From contig OZ024748.1 of the NCBI GenBank assembly GCA_964016885.1, positions 49,414,001-49,478,000 of the forward strand: a stretch of DNA of 64,000 bases. The letters are read 5' to 3'. This stretch comes from Eledone cirrhosa (lineage: Eukaryota). The notes beneath the pieces were generated by a model. It was not told the DNA's origin. It made no database searches and saw nothing but the letters and a program-made list of their open reading frames with translations. The position numbers were made by a program, and so were the translations under genes. This document shows, piece after piece, positions 51,297 through 64,000 of the stretch. The first letter of the stretch is position 1; the number at the start of each line of letters is the position of its first letter.

Positions 51297-51990
51297 GGAG
51301 AGAGAGTCTTCTATATATTCTGTTAGCGAGTTGGACAAAAATGCCTTGCGGTATTTGTTCAGAGTTCAAATCCCACCAAGGTCAACTTTGTCTTTCAACC
51401 TTCCAGGTCGATAAAAAAAAAGTACCTGCGAAGTAGAGCATAGAATTCGATCGACAATATCTCAGACGTCATTCACTTACCGAGTGAGGTGGAACTCGTC
51501 AAATTGGACCGAGGAAACAATGTTTCCATTGGTCCTTCCATTGCTGATACCATCTACCGGTCGCAACTCTTGGCGGAGAAGTACTGTGATCTATTTTATC
51601 GAGATCCTCTCCTCATCGCTTCTATAAATCAGAAAGCTTTATAGACGGAACATAAATGGACCCCAATATATGACTAGTACTTTATTGAAACAAACGTTTG
51701 CAACAACATTTGTACACTATATATGTCACTGTGGGTAATGGGGTAGACAAGAATAATAACAACAACAACAACGACGACAACAACGACACCAACAACAACG
51801 ACGACTACGAAACCAAAGATGACAACATAGCGCTTCGACAAATAGAGATCGAGAAAATAACTTATACGGTTTATATGATAGAGTAAAACCTTGAAGGCTC
51901 AACAGAGGAAGAGAGAGGGGGGGGAGAGAATGAACGAGAGAGAGAAAGAGAGAGGCAAAGAATGAGAGAGAGGATATATATATATATATA

Positions 51991-52071
<81 letters not shown>

Positions 52072-52263
52072 GTGTAAATAATATAATTCAGCAAAGACTG
52101 TTGCTATAAATAGCGGCAAAGTTGTTTGCAGACGATGTGGACATGACTCTCAAGATTTGGCTCAATTTGTAATCTTGACAACCATTCATTATATGTAATA
52201 CCGCAGTGTTAACTTCTATTGTGTTCTGTCGGAGAAGAAACTACGTCATTGCTAGCAGATGTG

Positions 52264-52342
<79 letters not shown>

Positions 52343-52455
52343 GGTGTTGTTTGTGCATAGATCAATAAAAACAGAAATCAGGTGTAGGTAGAGAGTTAGT
52401 TGATTGTTTTACAATCGTTTCAGAGGGTCGATTGATCGATGGAGATCGATGTATT

Positions 52456-52515
<60 letters not shown>

Positions 52516-52747
52516 AGGTTCAGCTCCGGCTGAGCTCCGGCTGTTTCGAAGGGTAGATCCGAACAGTTCCGATCTCAGCTGTCGAGGTCCTGAACCTTTA
52601 TTACTACCCTATCAGATAGGGCATGGTAAAAACCAGCTAGACCATAACCCACCAGAGTACTCGTTATTTATCCTGATGTCTTCCAAAACTAACCCCTGCA
52701 TTTTGAAAGGGTACGTCAATGTTTATTTATAAAACTGGTATATATTG

Positions 52748-52812
52748 TATTTTGTCTGATGAAGGCATACCATAATTTAACTTGGTATCCTTGAAATATG
52801 TATAATGAAATA
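52748..52812 (+). ncRNA. Minimal type I hammerhead ribozyme, same family as 55480
   Basis: Stem I TATTTTGT/ATGAAATA; CTGATGA (52756-52762); stem II AGGcATACCA/TGGTATCCT; GAAA (52793); stem III ATATGTAT; A52804. Flanks are homologous to the 55480 copy. Confidence 0.72.
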
Positions 52813-52818
52813 AATATG

Positions 52819-52852
<34 letters not shown>

Positions 52853-52854
<2 letters not shown>

Positions 52855-53382
52855 TTTTGAGTTTATGTTGGTTGTATACCAACACCTCAGTATGCAGGCT
52901 GGAGCACTCGACGAAGTGCGCAGGTTGGTTTGGTTACTCCGGAGTAGTGTAAAATAAAGTTAAATAAAAGTCAAATGATTAAAATTTAGCTTCGTTTATT
53001 ACTGCTATATATATTTCAGTGACAGCCATCTTTGGCTGTGACCTCTTCAGGCAGTTTGAATTAGTATGGTATAGACAAGTACATATGTTGTTTAGGTGTA
53101 TGATATTGTCAATACTCTGATATGCCCAGTTCCTTGCTGGGTTGTTAATTCACTGGGGAACTGGAGATATGACTCCAGTTCCCCAGTGAATTAACAACCC
53201 AGCAAGGAACTGGGCATATCAGAGTATTGACAATATCATACACCTAAACAACATATGTACTTGTCTATACCATACTAATTCAAACTGCCTGAAGAGGTCA
53301 CAGCCAAAGATGGCTGTCACTGAAATATATATAGCAGTAATAAACGAAGCTAAATTTTAATCATTTGACTTTTATTTAACTT

Positions 53383-53389
<7 letters not shown>
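52853..53389. mobile_element. Penelope-like inverted pLTR fold-back in (TA)n
   Basis: 217-bp arms (52950-53166 / 53173-53389), no mismatch seen, 6-nt spacer atatga. ~97-nt one-sided tail; (TA)n on both sides; hammerhead in each arm. Confidence 0.8.
53284..53338 (+). ncRNA. Minimal type I hammerhead ribozyme (mirror copy on - strand at 53001-53055)
   Basis: Stem I ACTGC/GCAGT; core CTGAAGA (53289-53295); stem II GGTCACAGCCA-aaga-TGGCTGTCACT; GAAA (53322-53325); palindromic stem III ATATATAT. Predicted cleavage after A53333. Confidence 0.85.
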
Positions 53390-53435
<46 letters not shown>

Positions 53436-53439
<4 letters not shown>

Positions 53440-53652
53440 GATGGAATCAGTTTGAAACTGGTTAGACCACTACTTAACGGAGTACTCTATACTTGGGGTA
53501 GTAGAGTATGATTATATTATAAAGAGTCGGGTCCCGACACGGTTGAGCTGTTGCCCTTTCAACAGCTAGTTTCAGACTATTTAGAAAATAGTCTGGAACT
53601 AGCTGTTGATACGGCAAGAGCTCAGCCACCGGGTGCCGACTCTTTATAATAT
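53436..53652 (-). mobile_element. Diverged fold-back element of a related subfamily
   Basis: Arms ~53514-53581 / 53586-53652; tail shared with 26670-26781; adjacent to (TA)n. Confidence 0.6.
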
Positions 53653-54558
53653 ACATAAAAAAAGTGAATGATATATATCCAAACATACATAAATGTATAT
53701 CAAGACGCAGAATGTAAGATTACATAATTCGTCAAGTGTCATATTAAACATTTAATAAAAAATTTTAAAACATAGATACCTGTAAAACTTTGTTTTATCG
53801 ATTGAAAGACAAAGTTAACCTCGGCGGGATTTGGACACAGATCGTAAAGGGACGTAACTATATGCTGCGAAGCATGTTGTCCGACACTCTACTGATACTG
53901 CCAATCCACCGATAATAATTGTTTCTACTTTTGCCACAAGGCCAGCAATTACCCAGTACATTACTGGTACTTTATTTTATCGACCACGTAAGGATGAAAG
54001 GCAAAGCTAACCTCAGCGGGATTTGAACATAAAGGACAGCAACTTTGGGGTAGGCGAAAGTCGATTAAATCGACCCCAATGCGTTACTGGTACTTTATTT
54101 TATTGACCCTGTAAGGATGAAAGGCAAAGCTAACCTCAGCGGGATTTGAACGTAAAGGACAGCAACTCTATGCCACAAAGCATGTTATCCGCCACTCTAC
54201 CTGTACTGCCAATCCAGCGATAATAATAATAATTGTTTCTACTTTAGGCACAAGGCCAGCAATAACCCAGTGCATTACTGGTACTTTATTAATGATTTCT
54301 GACGTAGGTACAAAGCAGTGAGATGGACCATTGTTTTAATGATAAGATGGTGAAAGCAATGGCACATATTTCCGTCTTTTTACATCTCATATTTTCTATG
54401 CTGTTGCTTGACTAGTATTTCGCCTTCCGTGTATACTTTTTAGGCTAACCGACCTTAATGAACCGAAATCACAAGGATCTCCAGAGATCGACTGATGAGA
54501 AGAAGATGTCTTGCGTTTCGTCCTGCTCTCCGTGGTCTTCGCCCACCTTTCTTTGAAT

Positions 54559-54709
<151 letters not shown>

Positions 54710-54785
54710 ACACACAGACACACACACAGACACACACACAGACACACACACACACACACGCACACACACAGACACACACACATAT

Positions 54786-54956
54786 ATATGAAAATATTCA
54801 GGACCCCGGATCTAGCTGTCGAATCAAGCTGTCGAAACGGCCGGAGCTCAGCCGTCGGGGTCCTGACTCTTTTCATATTACCCACTATACGACCCCAAGT
54901 ATCGAGTACTCTGGTGCGTTATGGTCCACCTGGTATCTTACTGCACCCTCTTTGTT

Positions 54957-54957
<1 letters not shown>
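54786..54957 (+). mobile_element. Fold-back family copy with short left arm
   Basis: gtcGAAACGGCCGGAGCTCAGCCGTCGGGGTCC plus the shared tail; flanked by TA/CA microsatellites. Confidence 0.65.
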
Positions 54958-54987
<30 letters not shown>

Positions 54988-55094
54988 ATATTCTCTTCGC
55001 CTTCTCCGTCTTTTGTTTCTATTTATACACGCACACACATATACACACACATATACATACATACATAGGTACACACACACACACACACACACAC

Positions 55095-55155
<61 letters not shown>

Positions 55156-55159
<4 letters not shown>

Positions 55160-55578
55160 GGATATTCAATTTGTTGTTAATTCAACAGATATAAATGTTT
55201 ATAACTGATTCAAAGCACTCGACAAGTTTTCTGGAGTATAATATTCAATGATATTAAATAAATGGAAACTATATTTATAAAACCATATTTATTCTATTAT
55301 ATATATTTCAAGGGTACCAAAACTTTGGTACGCTTTCATCAGATAAAATACAAAGTTTGTTTTATAAATGTTGACATAACCAGGAAAGAATAACTTAATG
55401 GTTCAAGTTTATCCAGGAAAAACTTAAACCGTTAAGTTATTCTTTCCTGGTTATGTCAACATTTATAAAACAAACTTTGTATTTTATCTGATGAAAGCGT
55501 ACCAAAGTTTTGGTACCCTTGAAATATATATAATAGAATAAATATGGTTTTATAAATATAGTTTCCATTTATTTAATA
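55156..55578. mobile_element. Penelope-like inverted pLTR fold-back (second family) next to (TA)n
   Basis: Near-perfect ~152-bp arms 55252-55403 / 55427-55578. One-sided tail 55156-55251, with another copy at ~49618-49730. Hammerhead in each arm; right arm interrupted by a Helitron. Confidence 0.78.
55480..55540 (+). ncRNA. Minimal type I hammerhead ribozyme (mirror copy on - strand at 55290-55350)
   Basis: Stem I TATTTTAT/ATAGAATA; CTGATGA (55488-55494); stem II AAGcGTACCAAA/TTTGGTACcCTT; GAAA (55521); stem III ATATATAT. Predicted cleavage after A55532. Confidence 0.82.
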
Positions 55579-56163
55579 CAAGCAGTGGTACCCGGCGTTG
55601 CACGGGATAAGGTATTTTGGAATGCGGGCTGCCAACAGACCTAATCGTGGAAAAACTGCATGCGTGGACAATATGTAAAGAAAATAAACCGAACACTCTG
55701 ATGGCTGGATAATCTTTAAGATTTTCCTCGATGAAGCAAGAAAAATTTTCACCTAATGCGGGCCCTAGGGGATCAAGAAAATGAATTTTTTTATGTGCAT
55801 AATATGCCTTGAAATTTCGGGAAAAATCGGCTAGACGTAACGCCTCAAAAAAGCCCTAAAAAGCTAAAAAAATGAAAGTTTTCACCTAATGCGGGCCCTA
55901 GGCCATAAAAAAAATGGATTTTCTTTGCTCACGGTCTGAAGAAGAGACTGACTAATACATAGTTACAATTTCAAGGAAATCAGTCTGACGTAACGACTCA
56001 AAAAACCCCTAAAAACCAGAAAAAACGCAGTTTTTCAACTAATGCGGGCCCTACGGGATCAACAAGTTGAATTTTTTTATGTGCATAACACTCCCTGAAA
56101 CATAAGTAATACACATTTAAACTCGCACACACACTCACATCCTCAGTTTTATATATATATAGA
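55579..56163 (-). mobile_element. Non-autonomous Helitron (CTTG end variant) nested in a PLE arm
   Basis: a|caagcagtggtacccggcgttgcacggg ... ttttatatatatataga|t. Removing it restores tatttaata-tcattg, complementary to the left PLE arm. Internal thrice-repeated aatgcgggcccta block. Confidence 0.8.
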
Positions 56164-56447
56164 TCATTGTATATATATGTATATATAAATATATAATATA
56201 TATATGTGTGTGTGTCTGTGTGTGTGTGTGTGTGTATGTGTATATATATATATATGGATGTTTGGCTGGAAAGATTAATTTACAAACATGGAGTTAGCTT
56301 CACTTCCAAAATAGTAACACAACCAACAATCCGATGTCTATTGTTACCGGTTTGTTATTTTGGTTTTATTTGTCTCAGAAACGGCCTTTGACATATATAT
56401 AGTAACTGAAGAAGGGACAAGGAGGAGAAGGTTAAACTGAGGGAGAC

Positions 56448-59760
<3,313 letters not shown>

Positions 59761-60126
59761 CATTATAGGGGAGAATCAACGTTTCACAATATGACAGTCT
59801 ATGGCCGTCCCTCTGAAATAGCAAGTACACTCCACCCGTCGAGCCTCGAAACAAGTTTCCATCTACCCCCAAGGCCTCGATCAGCCCCGAGGTGTGGTAA
59901 ATGACACCCAAGCTATCACTCGGTGGGATCAAACAGGGAACCTTATGATTGAGAAGCTATCTTTTAAACTCGAGGTTATCATACACTTTGGGTCACCCCA
60001 AGGCCACGTAATACCCTAACCCTAACCCTATCCCCAGAGAGACCTCCCTACACACAACTCGTAAATAATATATAGTAAATAATATCATTAATTGATATAA
60101 TGTAATATATACTATGTATAAATAAA

Positions 60127-61050
60127 TCTATATATATAAAACAAAGAATGTCTGTATATCTGTTTCCCTAAAACTCGAGAACTACCCGACCGTTTTTTTT
60201 CAAACTTTACACATGTAATACTTATGGTCCTATTGAGTGTTCTGAGCAAAAATAATTTCAAATTTTCAATGCCCTAGGGACCGCATTAGGCGATTTAGCG
60301 ATCTCTTTCTCTTTCTCTTAGCCTTTCTCTTTTTAGATAGATACGTAGATATGACGTCGCGCCTTCATAATATCTGTCTGTATGCCTGGCTGTCTGCATT
60401 ACGACATTATGACGCGATCAGTGTGTGTGTGTATATATGTATATATAGTGTGTGTGTATATATATATTCTTATGCTAGGGAACGTCTTCACGAACCAAAG
60501 TATCGTCTTCTTGTTTTCCTTCGGTTGCAACGTTTTTCTAAATATTTACATCTGCGTTCACAAATAGATTTTTTTTAGTTTCAGAAGATCCCGTTAAGGT
60601 TGAAAGCAGCGATTCTTTGCTTAAACATTAATATGTTATTTTAATATAGATATTCGTGTACAGATATTTTTGCATACACAAAAACAAAATATAAACAAAC
60701 AAGGCCAACGATTACATCAGTTAGTCTTAGTGTACTTCATACTGCTTTTAGGTAGAAGTTCCCGTTAAGGGTGAAAGCAGCGATTCTTTTTCTGCGTTCA
60801 CAGATTGATTTTTTTAGTTTCAGAAGATCCCGTTAAGTGTGAAAGCAGTGATTCTTTGCTTAAACTTTAATCTGTTATTTTAAATATATATATATATATA
60901 ATTATATATTCGTGTACAGATATTTTTGCAATACACAATAACAAAATATAAACAAACGTATTTATTTCACGAGGCTAGATAAGGATACATATATATCAAA
61001 TATATAAGAACCCTAAAGCAAATCCCGAGCAACGCCGGGATTTCTGCTAG
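60127..61050 (+). mobile_element. Non-autonomous Helitron
   Basis: A|TCTATATATATAAAA ... hairpin CCCGAGCAACGCCGGG ... CTAG|T: canonical TC/CTAG termini, AT target, no TSD. Internal duplication ~60552-60700 / 60791-60957. Confidence 0.85.
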
Positions 61051-61169
61051 TATTATATATTTTTATTTTACTATATTTATATATAATATGAATCATTTGA
61101 TATTTAATATACTATTATATCATCTCCGCCACCCCGCCCCCTTTAGGCCCCAGTGCTCCCTGGAACTCT

Positions 61170-61590
61170 TCAGCGCCCCTGGACCTTCTCAACGGCCCCT
61201 GGACATTCTCAATGGCCCCTGGACCTTCTCAACGCCCCTGGACCTTTTCAACGCCCCCTAGACCTCAACGACCCCTGAACCTTCTCAACGCCCCCTAGAC
61301 CTTCTCAACGCCCCTTGGACCATTTCAACGCCCCATAGACCTTTTCAACGCCCCCTAGACCTTTTCAACGGTCCATAGACCTTTTCAACGCCCCCTAGAC
61401 CTTTTCAACGCTCCATAGACCTTTTCAACGCCCCCTAGACCTTTTCAACGCCCCCTAGACCTTTTCAACGCTCCATAGACCTTTTCAACGCCCCCTAGAC
61501 CTTTTCAACGCCCCCTAGACCTTTTCAACGCTCCATAGACCTTTTCAACGCCCCATAGACCTTCTCAACGCCCCCGTGGACTTTCTGAAC
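61170..61590. repeat. 20-bp tandem repeat (cttttcaacgccccctagac)n
   Basis: Periodicity directly visible; ends in a hAT-like terminus (ttttgagaacctctg, ~61636). Confidence 0.9.
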
Positions 61591-62130
61591 GCCTCCCCCC
61601 CTCAGGAGGTGGTAGTGCCTATTTTGAGAACCTCTGTTTTGAACCATTAGGCCAGGCATAGACAACGTTTTTCGAGCAGTGGGCCGCATAGGTTGTGGAC
61701 CATCAGAAGGCAGGTCACACTACTAAAATATTCAAAGCAATTTCGAAATTAGGCTTCTATTCATAAAAGCTAACGGGCCGCATGGTGGACGCAGATCGCA
61801 GTTTTCCCATGACTGCATTAGACCATGCTACGTCCTATATAATATCTGTACCAAAACTATAGGATTAATTATGAAATACACACAATAACGTTTCTCTATT
61901 CGAGCCAAATGTTACGTAAATATATTCTGGTTACGCATTAATCGACAGTATTAATTACAGGACAGTGAAGTTTTAGGTTCATTGCGGAAGTGGTTTGGGT
62001 GTTAAACCAGGAAAGAAGAGCCGAAACTAAAAGCTATGAAAGAGGGCTGTTGTTTCATGAGACGTCAGAAAGTTTGTTTTTCCATATTTATTATGTTACA
62101 ATGACAAGTCTTAACTGTGACGTCCATAAC

Positions 62131-62165
<35 letters not shown>

Positions 62166-62692
62166 CAAACATAGTTCTAAAGACACACAAAACACGGATG
62201 ATGATATGGCAGAGTAGTTAAAACAAACGTTCACTCATTCGTGTGTGTGTTATTTACACGCACATACTTACATACTTACATATACATACTTACAAATATA
62301 TATTTATATATATATACACATCTATGTATATATATATATATATACACAGTATATACAGTATATATATATATATATATACATATTCATATATATGCATACA
62401 CATATATATATACATATATACATATATATATATGTGTGTATGTGTGTGATATGTGTATTAGTGTTTATTTGATACAGAAGAGACTTCTACAGCACTAAAA
62501 CTGTTTCATTTGTTTCAAATCATGAAGACTTTCCTCATGAGATTGACTTTCATCCTTGTCGAGTCGATGGAATGGGGTACCAGTGATGCACTGGGATCGA
62601 TTTGATCGACTTTTCCCTCCCCCAGGACTGTTGGCTTCATGTCTAATTCAGAAACCATTATTTACAACTTAAACTCTTAGAACATTCTACAG

Positions 62693-63009
62693 CAGGGGTG
62701 TGCAACATATTCCATTGGCGGGCCACATTTGTACATTGGAAGAACTATTAGGGCCATTAATATTTATTAAGCACTATTCCAAAGATTCACCACAACTTCT
62801 TTCCATATCATGGAACTGGAAGTTATAACACCCATAACCCTATCAGTGAGGCCCTTTATTATAGGACAACTAACAGAATATTGTATTACGGTTACGAAAA
62901 AAATTCTAAATAAGTCTACAAGGTAAAAATTAAAAACGGTCATCATGGGCCACTCTGACTCGTCTGGCGGTCCGGATTGTGGCCCGTGGACCGCCTGTTG
63001 CACGCCCCT
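62693..63009. mobile_element. hAT-Charlie-like MITE (a similar smaller one at ~61653-61815)
   Basis: CAGGGGTGTGCAAC ... GTTGCACGCCCCT TIRs with subterminal gcgggcc/ggccc motifs. Confidence 0.65.
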
Positions 63010-63249
63010 CTACAACAGCATATAATATACACGCATTAAGTGCCTTCTCTCCCAGTTTTCAAATCCAACACGTATATGAGCATGCCTTACTTACACACAC
63101 TCCATTCTTTCTACCCCCTATCCCTCCACACTCCTTTCCTCCCATTTATCCCACATCACCTCCTTTCTACTTCTTCCCCACTTTATCCCCTGTTCACCTA
63201 CCGACCGTTCCCACACTCTCCCCATTTTCAGTTTTCCACCTCCACATCC

Positions 63250-64000
63250 AACAACCCTGTAATGAATGCCCAATTTTCTACCCCACGGGAGGTCGATAAC
63301 TGCCATTCGTACCCCACTCACAACAGGCACAAGAAAGGAAGTAACTGCTCCAACCGTAACAAGATTCTTCCACCTCTCTTGTGTCAAACTTACTCGGTGA
63401 GCGTCGGAATCCCTGCACCGGTGGCACTGGTCACCTGGCCACCATTCCTGTCCTCCTCGACGCCACAGGTACCTGGCACAACGGGGACCCGAACCTGCCT
63501 GACTCGGACAAGACCATGGTGGCGATCTCCCACCTCAGGCAGTCACGGCGAGTCATCACCAGGATCCCCAAAGCTGCTCGCACTCCCGCGGCCGAAGGGC
63601 TAGCGACGTCCACCGACTGAGTGCTTGATTCGGCGGCTCGCAAGACTGGACCAAACTATTCAGTCTTGCGACTCACGTACTTGGAATCCCATTAGTAGGG
63701 AACCCGACAGTGGGATAGAGATCAGGCCCTTTCCTAACTTCGAGGCTCAAGGGCAATATTGTTTCTTTCTGCAATTCTTTACCTGCGAACCTCTCGGCCC
63801 TCTCGTTCTGCTCACCAGTGCCGACAGAGCATCTGCAGTCCACTTCTGACAGCATGAAACGTCTCCGGGACAGAATAAAACACAAACTAATTGAGGGCGA
63901 CGTTTCGGCAGCGGTACGTGTGCTGGCTTCGAGTGACGTAGTAGCTGCCCTGAGATCCTTCCCAGGCAGCAGCAATGGTGGAGTGGATGGCCTCCTCAGA
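63250..64000 (+). mobile_element. CRE-clade (RLE-bearing) non-LTR retrotransposon, degenerate N-terminal ORF, runs off right edge
   Basis: RVITRIPKAARTPAAEGLA and RIKHKLIEGDVSAAVRVLASSD/VVAALRSFPGSSNGGVDGL resemble CRE-like pre-RT motifs (KLEEGDV..AVR.L.S; SFP.GS.GG.DGL). Stops, frameshifts and an apparent internal deletion. Confidence 0.75.

Noticed and set aside
60013-60032. Telomeric (CCCTAA)n
   Set aside because: Fewer than three units; too short to call an interstitial telomere.

Overview
AT-rich, microsatellite- and SINE-dense animal DNA; the repeat content suggests an octopod cephalopod (inference). Two intron-containing genes sit head-to-head. PIGN (GPI ethanolamine-phosphate transferase 1) is on the minus strand, with its first four coding exons at 4980->825, and continues off the left edge. 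CYBA (p22phox) is complete on the plus strand: six exons, 6732-24436, 168 aa. CYBA intron 2 is a U12-type (minor spliceosome) intron mostly filled by a 48-bp minisatellite. I found no other host gene in 24.5-64 kb. That part holds tRNA-derived SINEs, RTE, CRE and other LINE remnants, three non-autonomous Helitrons, hAT/mariner/pogo/piggyBac relics, minisatellites and simple repeats. The most striking unannotated signal is a set of Penelope-like retroelement remnants, mostly in (TA)n tracts. They occur as long fold-back palindromes with a one-sided tail. Several carry complete minimal type I hammerhead ribozyme folds (52748-52812, 53001-53055/53284-53338, 55290-55350/55480-55540), and a recurrent family folds back right at a half-hammerhead. 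Almost all long ORFs in the supplied track are simple-repeat artefacts. All alignments and folds were done by eye, and repeat boundaries are approximate.
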